Origin: Hyphomicrobiales bacterium
GTDB lineage: Bacteria > Pseudomonadota > Alphaproteobacteria > Rhizobiales > Beijerinckiaceae
Assembly: GCA_025358745.1 (NCBI GenBank)
Contig: JANYIH010000229.1
Coordinates: 1 to 44,920 of the forward strand
Reading direction: 5' to 3'
Length of the DNA stretch: 44,920 nt
This document shows, piece by piece, positions 31,575 to 40,898 of the stretch. A program made the translations under genes and the position numbers. The notes under the pieces are model-generated. The model was given only the letters and a program-made list of their open reading frames with translations. It had not been told where the DNA came from and did not search any database. Each line of letters opens with the position of its first letter. The first letter of the stretch is position 1.

Positions 31575-32192
31575 ATGACGAAGCGCGCAGAAGCCAAGTA
31601 TAAAATCGATCGCCGCATGGGCGAGAACATCTGGGGCCGTCCCCGTTCGCCGTTCAACAAGCGCGAATACGGCCCCGGCCAGCACGGCCAGCGCCGCAAG
31701 GGCAAGGCGACCGACTTCGGCACCCAGCTCAAGGCCAAGCAGAAGCTCAAAGGCTATTACGGCAATATTTCCGAACGTCAGTTCCATAAGTACTATGTGG
31801 AGGCCCTGCGCATGAAGGGCGATTCCTCGGCCAACCTGATCGGCCTGCTGGAGCGCCGGCTCGACGCGGTGGTCTATCGCGCCAAATTCGTGCCGACCGT
31901 GTTCGCCGCGCGCCAGTTCGTCAACCACGGCCACGTCCAGATCAACGGCCGCCGCGTCAACATCGCCTCCTATCAGGTGAAGGTCGGCGACGTTGTGACG
32001 ATCAAGGAATCCTCGCGCCAGCTCGCCATCGTGATCGAGGCCGCCGCGCTGGCCGAGCGCGACACGCCCGATTATCTGGAAGTCGATCACGGCCACGGCA
32101 CGGCCAAGATGACCCGGATTCCGGGCCTGTCCGAGGTGCCCTATCCGACGCACATGGAGCCCAACCAGGTGATCGAGTTCTACTCGCGCTGA
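31575..32192 (+). CDS. rpsD: 30S ribosomal protein S4
   Basis: [51 protein letters not shown] and VIEFYSR. AAGGA RBS. Confidence 0.98.
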   Translation: MTKRAEAKYKIDRRMGENIWGRPRSPFNKREYGPGQHGQRRKGKATDFGTQLKAKQKLKGYYGNISERQFHKYYVEALRMKGDSSANLIGLLERRLDAVVYRAKFVPTVFAARQFVNHGHVQINGRRVNIASYQVKVGDVVTIKESSRQLAIVIEAAALAERDTPDYLEVDHGHGTAKMTRIPGLSEVPYPTHMEPNQVIEFYSR

Positions 32193-32213
32193 GGCTGGGG
32201 TTTTTTCGAACGC

Positions 32214-32241
32214 AAGAGGCGGCCGATAGGCCGCCTTTTTT
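32214..32241 (+). terminator. Rho-independent terminator after rpsD
   Basis: AGGCGGCC-GATA-GGCCGCCT followed by a T tract. Confidence 0.85.
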
Positions 32242-33050
32242 CATGCGATTTCGTTGACGGTGTCGAGGACGTCCTTCCACGTGAGGACGCGCACCGGCAT
32301 CGGCTCCAACGTCCCGGCGGCGATGGCTTCCTCCATGCGCTGGCAGAATTGCGCGACATCGGCGAAGCCGAACTCGAACAAGACTTTGGGGTGGAAATTC
32401 CACCATTGCGTCGCCAGCAGTCTTTCGCAGATCTCCGGTTTGAACCTCGTGCGTATCGGCCGCGCCGGGTTTCCCGCGACGATCGTGTAGGGCGCAACAT
32501 CCTTCGTCACCACCGAGCCGGCGCCGACCACGCAACCCGTATGCAGAATGACGCCACGTTGAAGGATGACTTGTTGCCCGATCCAAACATCATGCTCCAG
32601 CTTCGGCGGGGCCGCCGTCATGATCGGGGGCAGCTTTGGCGGATAGGCGTTCCCCAGCAATTGCTCGTGGCCGCGCAGGAACTGCGGCTTGTTGTAGTTG
32701 GGAAAATAGCAGTAGGTGAACGAGGACGAAGTGACTTGCTCGATCGGGTGCCGCTCGCCCATGACGGAGAGATTGCCTCCGATCGAGCAGTAACGGCCCG
32801 CGCTAGCCTGGGTGAGTCCGTTTTCGGAATAAGTGAACGCCCCGGCTGCATATAGCTGTCCGTGACTTGACGTATAGTTCTCGAAGCGGATGTTTTTGGG
32901 GATCTTGACGATGAAATTTGGATTTACAGGTAGTTCGACTTGATGCACGATAAACAGATTGAGTTGCGAGAATGCACGCGAGACGCGTTGCGTCGCGCGA
33001 AGATGCAACCACGCGTGATCCTCGAACGCAACATCTTCTTTCACCGACAC
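32241..33050 (-). CDS. CatB/Vat-related hexapeptide-repeat O-acetyltransferase
   Basis: GRYCSIG, HDVWIG, GCVVGAGSVVTKDVAPYTIVAGNPARPIRTRF and LLATQWWN motifs. GTG start with GGAGG RBS. Confidence 0.88.
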   Translation of the reverse strand: MSVKEDVAFEDHAWLHLRATQRVSRAFSQLNLFIVHQVELPVNPNFIVKIPKNIRFENYTSSHGQLYAAGAFTYSENGLTQASAGRYCSIGGNLSVMGERHPIEQVTSSSFTYCYFPNYNKPQFLRGHEQLLGNAYPPKLPPIMTAAPPKLEHDVWIGQQVILQRGVILHTGCVVGAGSVVTKDVAPYTIVAGNPARPIRTRFKPEICERLLATQWWNFHPKVLFEFGFADVAQFCQRMEEAIAAGTLEPMPVRVLTWKDVLDTVNEIA

Positions 33051-33075
33051 TTCATCCTCCGAACCGAGCCGCGGC

Positions 33076-34194
33076 TCACACCCGCAGCGGCATCAACACG
33101 TAGAGCGCCTGGGCGCCGTCGCGGTCCATGATGATGGTTGGCGAGCCGGGGTCGGCGAGTTTCATCAGCGCGGTGTCGCCGGAAAGCTGCTGTGCGATCT
33201 CCAGCAGGTAGCGCGAGTTGAAGCCGATATCCATCGGCGCAGAATCGTAGTCGACCTCGATCTCCTCGCTCGCCGAACCGGAGTCGGGATTGTTGACCGA
33301 CAGCGTCATGCGGTTGTCGCCGATCGACAGCTTTATCGCCCGCCCGCGATCCGACGAGATGGTCGACACCCGATCCACCGCGCGCTGGAACTGGTCCTTG
33401 TCGACCACCAGCCGCTTGTCGTTGTTGAGCGGGATGACTCTGGTGTAATCGGGGAAGGTGCCGTCGATCAGCTTGGTCGTCAGCGTCACTTCGCCGAACC
33501 GGAACCGCGCCTTGACCTGGCTGATCTCGATGGTGACGTCGCGCGATAGGTCTTCGAGCAACTTGAGGATTTCGCCGACCGCCTTGCGCGGGGCGATCAC
33601 GCCGGGCATACCGGCGGCGCCGGCAGGCGCGGGCGCCTCGATCCGGGCGAGCCGATGGCCATCAGTCGCCACCGCGCGCAAAACCGTCGCGCCGTTCGAT
33701 TCCGCGGTGTGGAAATAGATGCCGTTGAGGTAGTAGCGCGTCTCCTCGGTCGAGATGGCGAATTGGGCGTTATCGATCAGACGGCGCAGCTCGACGGCGG
33801 GCAGATCGAATTTGTGGGCGAATTCGCCGCTGGTGAGATCGGGGAAATCGCTTGCCGGCAGGCATTGCAGGTGAAAACGCGAACGGCCAGAGCGCAGCAG
33901 CAATTGCCCGGTGTCGGGCGCGATCTCCAGGCTCACCTGCGCGCCTTCGGGCAGTTTTCGCACGATGTCGTGGAAGGTGTGGGCCGAGACCGTAGTGGCG
34001 CCCGCCGCCGCGACATCGGCGGGGGCGACTTCGGTCGCCTCCAGATCGAGATCGGTCGCCTTCAGCTCGAGCTGGCCCTCGCGCGCCTCGATCAGCACGT
34101 TGGAGAGGATCGGAATCGTGTTGCGCCGCTCGACGATGCGGTGAATGTGGCTGAGCGCCTTCAGCAGAGCGGTGCGCTCGATAGTGAATTTCAT
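33076..34194 (-). CDS. dnaN: DNA polymerase III beta sliding clamp
   Basis: VERRNTIPILSNVL, ATDLD, STEETRYYLNG, ATDGHRLA, KLIDGTFPDY and terminal VLMPLRV. Confidence 0.98.
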   Translation of the reverse strand: MKFTIERTALLKALSHIHRIVERRNTIPILSNVLIEAREGQLELKATDLDLEATEVAPADVAAAGATTVSAHTFHDIVRKLPEGAQVSLEIAPDTGQLLLRSGRSRFHLQCLPASDFPDLTSGEFAHKFDLPAVELRRLIDNAQFAISTEETRYYLNGIYFHTAESNGATVLRAVATDGHRLARIEAPAPAGAAGMPGVIAPRKAVGEILKLLEDLSRDVTIEISQVKARFRFGEVTLTTKLIDGTFPDYTRVIPLNNDKRLVVDKDQFQRAVDRVSTISSDRGRAIKLSIGDNRMTLSVNNPDSGSASEEIEVDYDSAPMDIGFNSRYLLEIAQQLSGDTALMKLADPGSPTIIMDRDGAQALYVLMPLRV

Positions 34195-34307
34195 CTCGAT
34201 ATCCTAAAAGCTGCTCACGCCGCGCATATGTTGCGCCCAGCCGCTTCGAAAAGGAGCCGGAATTTGCCTTTTCGGTCGCCCGCGCGCAAGGGCGGCGGCG
34301 GCGTTTT

Positions 34308-34364
34308 TTAACGATTTCCTAACCCCGCGCCGGCCGTCGCGCGCGAGCCTTTACGGCGCCTTAA
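34308..34364. promoter_or_regulatory. Two near-consensus CtrA boxes
   Basis: TTAA-CGATTTC-CTAAC (34308-34323) and TTTA-CGGCGCC-TTAA (34350-34364), each one mismatch from TTAA-N7-TTAA, in a GC-rich background. Confidence 0.55.
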
Positions 34365-34423
34365 TACGGCCGGCTTAATCTTCGAGTTGGCCGCGAGAAA
34401 CCGGGCTCCGCGGGAAAAAGGGC

Positions 34424-36577
34424 ATGTTCGGATCAGGCGGCAAGCGAGGAGGGCGGCGGATCGAGCCGCGCTTCGACGATGCGCCCGACGGCGTGGAACC
34501 CGAATTGCGCGCCGATCCCTCCGACCGGCCGCCGGCGCGGCGCAAGGCCGAAAAGAAGCGTCCCCGCCAACGCCGCCGCTCGTTTTTCGGCGCGCTGGTC
34601 TATTGGACCTTCGTGCTCGGAATCTGGGGCGTCGTCGCGTTGGGCGGCCTGTTTGCGTATTACGCAAGTCAATTGCCGCCGATCGACGAACTGGCGGTGC
34701 CCAAACGGCCGCCCGACATCCAGATCCTTGGCGTCGACGGTTCGGTGCTCGCCGACCGCGGCGACACCGGCGGCGCGGCGGTGCGGCTCGGCGACCTGCC
34801 GGGCTACTTCCCCAAGGCCTTCATCGCCATCGAGGACCGGCGCTTCTATTACCATTTCGGCGTCGATCCGATCGGCATTCTGCGCGCCGTGATCAGCAAT
34901 GTCGCGGGCTCGGGCGGGATGCAGGGCGGTTCGACGCTGACCCAGCAACTCGCCAAGAACCTGTTTCTGACTCAGGAGCGCACGATCAGCCGCAAATTTC
35001 AGGAGGCGATCCTGGCGCTGTGGCTGGAGCGGAAATACTCGAAGGATCAGATCCTCGAACTCTATCTCAACCGGGTCTATTTCGGCGCGGGCGCCTATGG
35101 CGTCGAGGCGGCGGCGCGCAAATATTTCGCGCATGACGCCAAGGACGTCACCCTGTCGGAGGCGGCGTTGTTGGCGGGCCTGATGAAATCCCCCAGCAAA
35201 CTCGCGCCCAACCGCAACCTGAAAGGCGCCAACGAGCGCGCGGCGCAGGTCATCACCGCGATGGTCGAGCAGGGCTATGTCACGCAGGCGATGGCGAAAG
35301 TCGCGCTTGGAAGCCCGGCTCAGGTCGCCAACACCAAAGGCGCAGGCTCGGTCAACTACGCCGCCGACTATGTGATGGACGCGCTCGACGACACCGTCGG
35401 CGCGATCGACGAGGACATCGTCGTGATGACGACGATCAACCCGGCGCTACAGTCCGCGGCCGAGCGGGCGCTGACGGGCGAACTCGACGCCAAGGGAACG
35501 AAATACAACGTCGGTCAGGGCGCGCTGGTGGCGCTGGACCCCGATGGCGGCGTCAAGGCGCTGGTTGGCGGGCGCAATTATGCGGAAAGCCAGTTCAACC
35601 GCGCCATCGCCGCCAAGCGGCAGCCGGGGTCGTCGTTCAAGCCGTTCGTCTATCTCGCCGCGCTGGAGAAGGGCGACCGGCCGGACGACATCCGCCAGGA
35701 CGCCCCCATCAACGTCAAAGGCTGGTCGCCGGAGAATTACAGCCACGAATATTTCGGCCCCGTCACGCTGACCAAGGCGCTGTCGTTCTCGCTCAACACC
35801 GTGGCGGTGCGGCTCTGCCTCGAAGTCGGCCCCAAGGCGGTGGTGCGGGTGGCGCACCGGCTCGGCATCCTGTCCGATCTCACCGCCAACGCCTCGATCG
35901 CGCTCGGCACCTCGGAGACGACGCCGCTGGAGATGGCCTCGGCCTACGCCGCCTTCGCCAATGGCGGGATCGGCGTGCGCCCCTATGTCATCATGACGGT
36001 GCGCACCGCCAATGGCAAGCTGCTGTACCGGCGCCATCCCTACAATTACGGCCGCGTGATCGAGCCGCGCTATGTCGCGATGATGAACGCCATGATGCTG
36101 GAGACGCTGACGGTCGGCACGGCGCACAAGGCGGATTTGCCGGGCTGGCAGGCGGCGGGCAAGACCGGCACCAGCCAGGATTTCCGCGACGCCTGGTTCA
36201 TCGGCTTCACCTCGCATCTTGTCGCCGCCGTCTGGCTTGGCAACGACGACGGGACGTCGACGAAAAAGGTCTCGGGCGGCAATCTGCCGGTGGAGATCTG
36301 GAGCCGCTTCATGCGCGACGCGCATGCCGGCGTGCCGATAGCGGGCCTGCCGCTCGGCGACTGGCGCAGCCTCGACGTCGGTGAACCACAGCCAGCCGCG
36401 CCGCCGCCGGCGAGCGCCGGCGCGCCGATGGCGATCAACAAGATCGGCGAGGCGGTGGCGGCGCAGACGCGGCGTGGGGCGAAAGTGGAGACCGCCCCGA
36501 TCCCGCCGACGCCGGTCGGCGGCGGTTCGCCCAGGCGCGACAAGAATTTGCTAGAAAAGCTGCTCGGCCAACTCTGA
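34424..36577 (+). CDS. Class A penicillin-binding protein (PBP1A family)
   Basis: TM anchor, transglycosylase motifs EDRRFY, GGSTLTQQLAKN and RKFQE, and transpeptidase motifs SSFK, SLN and KTG. Confidence 0.95.
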   Translation: MFGSGGKRGGRRIEPRFDDAPDGVEPELRADPSDRPPARRKAEKKRPRQRRRSFFGALVYWTFVLGIWGVVALGGLFAYYASQLPPIDELAVPKRPPDIQILGVDGSVLADRGDTGGAAVRLGDLPGYFPKAFIAIEDRRFYYHFGVDPIGILRAVISNVAGSGGMQGGSTLTQQLAKNLFLTQERTISRKFQEAILALWLERKYSKDQILELYLNRVYFGAGAYGVEAAARKYFAHDAKDVTLSEAALLAGLMKSPSKLAPNRNLKGANERAAQVITAMVEQGYVTQAMAKVALGSPAQVANTKGAGSVNYAADYVMDALDDTVGAIDEDIVVMTTINPALQSAAERALTGELDAKGTKYNVGQGALVALDPDGGVKALVGGRNYAESQFNRAIAAKRQPGSSFKPFVYLAALEKGDRPDDIRQDAPINVKGWSPENYSHEYFGPVTLTKALSFSLNTVAVRLCLEVGPKAVVRVAHRLGILSDLTANASIALGTSETTPLEMASAYAAFANGGIGVRPYVIMTVRTANGKLLYRRHPYNYGRVIEPRYVAMMNAMMLETLTVGTAHKADLPGWQAAGKTGTSQDFRDAWFIGFTSHLVAAVWLGNDDGTSTKKVSGGNLPVEIWSRFMRDAHAGVPIAGLPLGDWRSLDVGEPQPAAPPPASAGAPMAINKIGEAVAAQTRRGAKVETAPIPPTPVGGGSPRRDKNLLEKLLGQL

Positions 36578-36628
36578 GGAAACCGCCGCGCGGTCGTCTC
36601 CGTAGAAGCACAAGGTCAGGAGGCTGCT

Positions 36629-37195
36629 ATGAGCAAGAAACCGATCGAGATTCACGGCTACGCCATCGTTTCCGACGACGACAGAATCGCCGGCGCCGAC
36701 GGGCTGATTCCGCCGAGCCTGCGCAACGACAAGGATTGGGAGCAATATCAGGCCGCGCTGGCGCGCAGCGATCTGGTCGTGTTCGCCCGCGTTAGCCACG
36801 AGAACGAGCCCAATACGCGCGGCGACCCGCGCGTTGTCCTCTCTCGCGAGGCCAAAGGGCTGGAGCGTCGCGCCGACGCCTGGTGGTGGAACCCGGCGGA
36901 CGTGAATTGGTCGGAGGTGGTTGAGCGCATCCTGCCCGACGGCGGCGAAGTCGCAGCGCCCGGAGGACAGGGCGTGTTCGATCTGTTCCTCGCCATCGGC
37001 TACGACGTCTTCCACCTCGCTCGGGCGCGAGGGGTCAGGCTTCCCGGTGGACGGGCGGTGTTTTCGGAATGCGGCGAGACGCTTTCCGCGGAGGGCGTTC
37101 TGACAAAGTACGGTTTGCGTCACGCCGAACGCATTGAGCTCGACGCGACGCAGCAGGTGGAAATGAACATTTGGCGCAGGGCGAGCGCGCGCTAG
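36629..37195 (+). CDS. Dihydrofolate-reductase-fold protein (atypical)
   Basis: GYAIVSDDDRIA (like DHFR strand 1), D..VVFARVSHE (degenerate MGR.T) and PGGQGVF. AGGAGG RBS. Confidence 0.6.
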   Translation: MSKKPIEIHGYAIVSDDDRIAGADGLIPPSLRNDKDWEQYQAALARSDLVVFARVSHENEPNTRGDPRVVLSREAKGLERRADAWWWNPADVNWSEVVERILPDGGEVAAPGGQGVFDLFLAIGYDVFHLARARGVRLPGGRAVFSECGETLSAEGVLTKYGLRHAERIELDATQQVEMNIWRRASAR

Positions 37196-37683
37196 CCTCT
37201 CATTTCGACCTTCTCGCTGTCGCCCAGCTTGGGCCGTTCGTGCTTGGCGCCTGCCGTCAACATGGAGACGACGCTCGCGACAAGCCCGGCGCCTTCCCAA
37301 TATTCGCCCCGATCCGGCGTGACTTGGATGACGCGGATGCGCGCGTCATTGGCGTCGCTCCAGAAGGCCTTGTCAAACGTCTTCCATACGCGCTCGACCA
37401 TGGCGGAATCGGCGAACACCTGAGCCGTCCCTGTCACCGAGGCGAAGCGATTGCCCTTCGGATCGGCGAAGGAAAGGCAGACGTTCGCATTGTCGGTGAT
37501 CTCATGATCCTTGGGCGCGTCCGCGTCGGTGAGGAAATAGATCGCATGGTCGTCAACCATGGGGCGGGCCGCCATCGGGCGTGCGCGAATTTCGTCGCCT
37601 TCACCGGAATGGGTCACAATCATGGCTATGCCGATGTCGTTCATCAGCTTCCAGATTTGCTCGTTGGGGACCTTGCCGCTCAT
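37192..37683 (-). CDS. General stress protein 26 / pyridoxamine 5'-phosphate oxidase-like FMN-binding protein
   Basis: IRARPM, IYFLTD, NVCLSF, SVTGTA and GEYWE motifs. Preceded by an EcfG promoter. Confidence 0.85.
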   Translation of the reverse strand: MSGKVPNEQIWKLMNDIGIAMIVTHSGEGDEIRARPMAARPMVDDHAIYFLTDADAPKDHEITDNANVCLSFADPKGNRFASVTGTAQVFADSAMVERVWKTFDKAFWSDANDARIRVIQVTPDRGEYWEGAGLVASVVSMLTAGAKHERPKLGDSEKVEMRG

Positions 37684-37713
37684 GTCTAGCGCTCCACTTT
37701 GATGTGGAGCCTT

Positions 37714-37738
37714 AACGCGTCTGGGCCGCGACTGTTCC
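37714..37738 (-). promoter_or_regulatory. General stress sigma factor EcfG (RpoE2/SigT) promoter
   Basis: Minus strand GGAAC-N16-CGTT, about 30 nt upstream of the stress-protein ATG. Confidence 0.8.
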
Positions 37739-37801
37739 CCACAACAGGAAAGGCCGGGAGCATTCGCCCCCGGCCCTGTGCGCTTGGGGATGACGGGGCG
37801 A

Positions 37802-38371
37802 TCAGCCCGGCAGCAGCACGGTGTTGATGACGTGAATCACGCCATTCGACTGCATGACATCGGGAATCGTCACCATCGCGGTGTCGCCCTTGGCGTCGGT
37901 GACGGCGATCCCGCCGCCCATCTTCGAGAATGACAGCGACCCGCCCTGAACCGTGGCGACGCTGTAGTGGCCGCCCATTTCGTCAATCTTCTTGCTGATG
38001 TCCTGAGCGGTCATCCGACCGGGAATGACGTGATAGGTCAGGACGGCGGTCAGCTTGTCCTTGTTGGCGGGTTCGAGCAGGGTTTTGACCGTGCCGGCCG
38101 GCAGTTTGCCGAAGGCCCCATTGGTCGGGGCGAACACGGTGAACGGCCCGGCGCTCTCAAGCGTGGGAACCAGACCCGCCGCCTTCACCGCCGCGACGAG
38201 GGTGGTGTGATCCTTGGAATGCACCGCGTTCTGCACGATGTTCTTGGTGGGATACATCGGCGCGCCGCCGACCATCTTGGTCATCTCGGCGTAGGCGAAC
38301 CCGGCGCCGAGCGGCGCGGCCAAAGCGACGCCGGCGATCAGCAAAGCGGCGCGGACATTGAACTTGCTCAT
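37802..38371 (-). CDS. Secreted fasciclin-domain protein (FAS1; Nex18/MPT70-like)
   Basis: Signal peptide, VGGAPMYPTKNIV, TLVAAVKAAGLV, FTVFAPTNGAF and SNGVIHVINTVLLP. Start trimmed to 38371. Confidence 0.93.
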   Translation of the reverse strand: MSKFNVRAALLIAGVALAAPLGAGFAYAEMTKMVGGAPMYPTKNIVQNAVHSKDHTTLVAAVKAAGLVPTLESAGPFTVFAPTNGAFGKLPAGTVKTLLEPANKDKLTAVLTYHVIPGRMTAQDISKKIDEMGGHYSVATVQGGSLSFSKMGGGIAVTDAKGDTAMVTIPDVMQSNGVIHVINTVLLPG

Positions 38372-38512
38372 ATTTCTAAACTCCCTTAGCCCTCTTGGGG
38401 TACAGAGCAAATACGCGGCCAAATCCGTCGGGTTTTCGCCATGCGTTGACGTTTTCGTGATCTCGCGCGCAAATGCGCTATGATAGCGGCTCGGTTGCGC
38501 AAGGGAGGCGGC

Positions 38513-40888
38513 ATGGCGCGGAGGATTATCGGCATAGCGTTGCGGCTCGCTCTGGTTGGCGCCGTTTTCGCGTTCGGATTCGCGGCTTGGTTGTTCATCC
38601 GCGCCATGCCGGGTCACGCGGGGCGCGAAATCCTGCCGGGATTGGGCGCCGAGGTGCGGGTCTGGAGCGACGGCTACGCCGTGCCGCACATATTCGCCGC
38701 CGACTCCAACGCCGCCGCGCGCGCGCTCGGCTGGCTGCATGCGAGCGAGCGGCTGTTCCAGATGGAGACGCAACGCCGCGCCGGCGAAGGGCGGCTGGCG
38801 GAAATGCTGGGAAGCGATCTCGTGCGGGTCGATCGTTTCATTCGCACGCTGGGCATTCCCCGGCTCGCGCAATCGAGCCTAGGCGCGCTGAGCGAGGAAG
38901 CGCGTTCCCGGCTTGACGCCTATGCCGAGGGCGTCAATGCGTGGCTCGACGCGCACAAGAACCGGCTGCCGCCGGAGTTCCTGATCGTCGGCGATACGCC
39001 GGAACATTGGACGCCGGTCGATTCGCTGGTGATCGGCAAGCTGCTGGGCTTGCAGCTCAGCCACAATTACAAAATCGAACTGATGCGCGCCCGGGTGGCG
39101 GCCAAGCTCGGCGTGGAGAGAGGCGCGTGGGTGTTTCCCGACCTGACGCTCAATTCGCCGATCACGACGGCGCCGGAGACGCATCCCGATCATTCCGCGC
39201 TCGATCCTTATGAGGAACTCGGCCGCTGGTCGCCGTTTGCGCATGGCGCCTCGAACGAATGGGCGGTGGCGGGCGCGCGCACGACGACCGGCAAGCCTAT
39301 CCTCGCCAACGATCCCCATCTCGACCTCGGCGCGCCGATCCTGTGGTATCTCGCGCGCGTCGTCACGCCGCAGGGCTCGGTGAAGGGCGTCACAATTCCC
39401 GGCACGCCGGTGGTGCTGCTCGGCCAGAACGACCATATCGCCTGGGGCTTCACCACCACCTTGACTGACACGCAGGATCTGTTCGTCGAGACGCTCGATC
39501 CCGCCGATGCAAGCAAATATCTGACGCCCGACGGCGCCAAGCCGTTCGAGACGCGGCAGGAGATCATTCACGTCAAGAATGCGCCCGACGTTGTTTTGAC
39601 AGTGCGCGCGACCCGGCACGGGCCGGTGATGTCCGATGTCGACGCCGAGATGCGCGAGTTTGTCGGGCCCGGCAAGGCGATGGCGCTCGCCTTCACGGGT
39701 CTGGGCGAAAAGGACACGACGTTCGAGGCCGTCGTCAAGCTCGACGCGGCGAAAAACTGGGATGAGTTCCTCGCGGCGATGCGCCTGTTCCAGACGCCGA
39801 CGCAAAACATCGTCTATGCCGACGTCGATGGAAATATCGGCTATTTCAGCCCCGGCCTCGTGCCGGTTCGCAAATCCGGCGACGGCCTGACGCCGGCCGA
39901 CGGCGCCTCCGGCCAGTTTGATTGGACGGGCTATGTCCCGTTCGAGCAGCAGCCGCAGGCGTTCAATCCCGCCGCCGGTTTTCTGTTCAACGCCAACAAC
40001 GCCGTGACGCCGGTCTCGCAAGAGGCCACGTTCGGGCGCGACTGGGAGGAGCCGTGGCGCGCGCGGCGCATCCAGCAATGGCTCGACCGGCCGGAAAAAC
40101 ACGATCTCGACACCTCCGCCGCGATGCAGACGGATCATCTGTCGCTGGCGATGCTGGCGTTCAAGCCCCTGATGGCGACCATCAAGCCGGGCGACGAGCG
40201 GGCGCGGCAGGCCCTGGCGCTGGTCGCGGGATGGGACGGCGTGACCGACGCGGCGAGGCCAGAGCCGCTGATCGCCGAGACGCTCCTTTATGAGTTGCAC
40301 AAGACGCTGCTGACGGAGCGAACGAACGTCGATCTCGACGCCGAATTCGGCCCGCTGGTCGCCACCGCGACGATGTCGCTGGTCAAGGACCACCCCGACG
40401 CGTGTTCCACGCCGGCGCAGCCTGACCCCGATTGCGCGAAAACGCTGAGCGGCGCGCTCGACCGCGCGATTGCGCGCATCGTCGCCAAACAGGGCGCCGA
40501 CATGAGCAAATGGAGCTGGGGCGCCGAGCAGACGGCGATCGTGACGCACAAGGTTTACAGCCATGTGCCCGGCCTCGATCTCCTCAGCGATCTCTCGTTT
40601 CCCTCCAGCGGCGATTTCTATTCGCTCGATCGCGGCGGCGGATTCGACACGCCCAAGGATCAGCCGCTCGCCCGCACCCAGGCCGGCGGCTATCGCGGGT
40701 TGTTCGACCTCGCCGATCCCGCGCGTTCGCGGTTCGTCATCGCGACCGGCCAGTCCGGCCATATTTTCTCTGCCCATTATCGCGACCTCGCGCCGTTATG
40801 GCGAGCCGGCCGCTCCGTCACTCTAAGCGGCGGCGAGGATGAACTGAAAGCGAAGGGCGCGAGCCTGACAATTTTCACCGGCAAATAA
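38513..40888 (+). CDS. Penicillin acylase family Ntn-hydrolase (S45)
   Basis: N-terminal anchor, VPHIFA, HASERLFQME, autocleavage site GA|SNEWAV, ANDPHL and GQSGH. GGGAGG RBS. Confidence 0.92.
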   Translation: MARRIIGIALRLALVGAVFAFGFAAWLFIRAMPGHAGREILPGLGAEVRVWSDGYAVPHIFAADSNAAARALGWLHASERLFQMETQRRAGEGRLAEMLGSDLVRVDRFIRTLGIPRLAQSSLGALSEEARSRLDAYAEGVNAWLDAHKNRLPPEFLIVGDTPEHWTPVDSLVIGKLLGLQLSHNYKIELMRARVAAKLGVERGAWVFPDLTLNSPITTAPETHPDHSALDPYEELGRWSPFAHGASNEWAVAGARTTTGKPILANDPHLDLGAPILWYLARVVTPQGSVKGVTIPGTPVVLLGQNDHIAWGFTTTLTDTQDLFVETLDPADASKYLTPDGAKPFETRQEIIHVKNAPDVVLTVRATRHGPVMSDVDAEMREFVGPGKAMALAFTGLGEKDTTFEAVVKLDAAKNWDEFLAAMRLFQTPTQNIVYADVDGNIGYFSPGLVPVRKSGDGLTPADGASGQFDWTGYVPFEQQPQAFNPAAGFLFNANNAVTPVSQEATFGRDWEEPWRARRIQQWLDRPEKHDLDTSAAMQTDHLSLAMLAFKPLMATIKPGDERARQALALVAGWDGVTDAARPEPLIAETLLYELHKTLLTERTNVDLDAEFGPLVATATMSLVKDHPDACSTPAQPDPDCAKTLSGALDRAIARIVAKQGADMSKWSWGAEQTAIVTHKVYSHVPGLDLLSDLSFPSSGDFYSLDRGGGFDTPKDQPLARTQAGGYRGLFDLADPARSRFVIATGQSGHIFSAHYRDLAPLWRAGRSVTLSGGEDELKAKGASLTIFTGK

Positions 40889-40898
40889 GATGAGAGAG

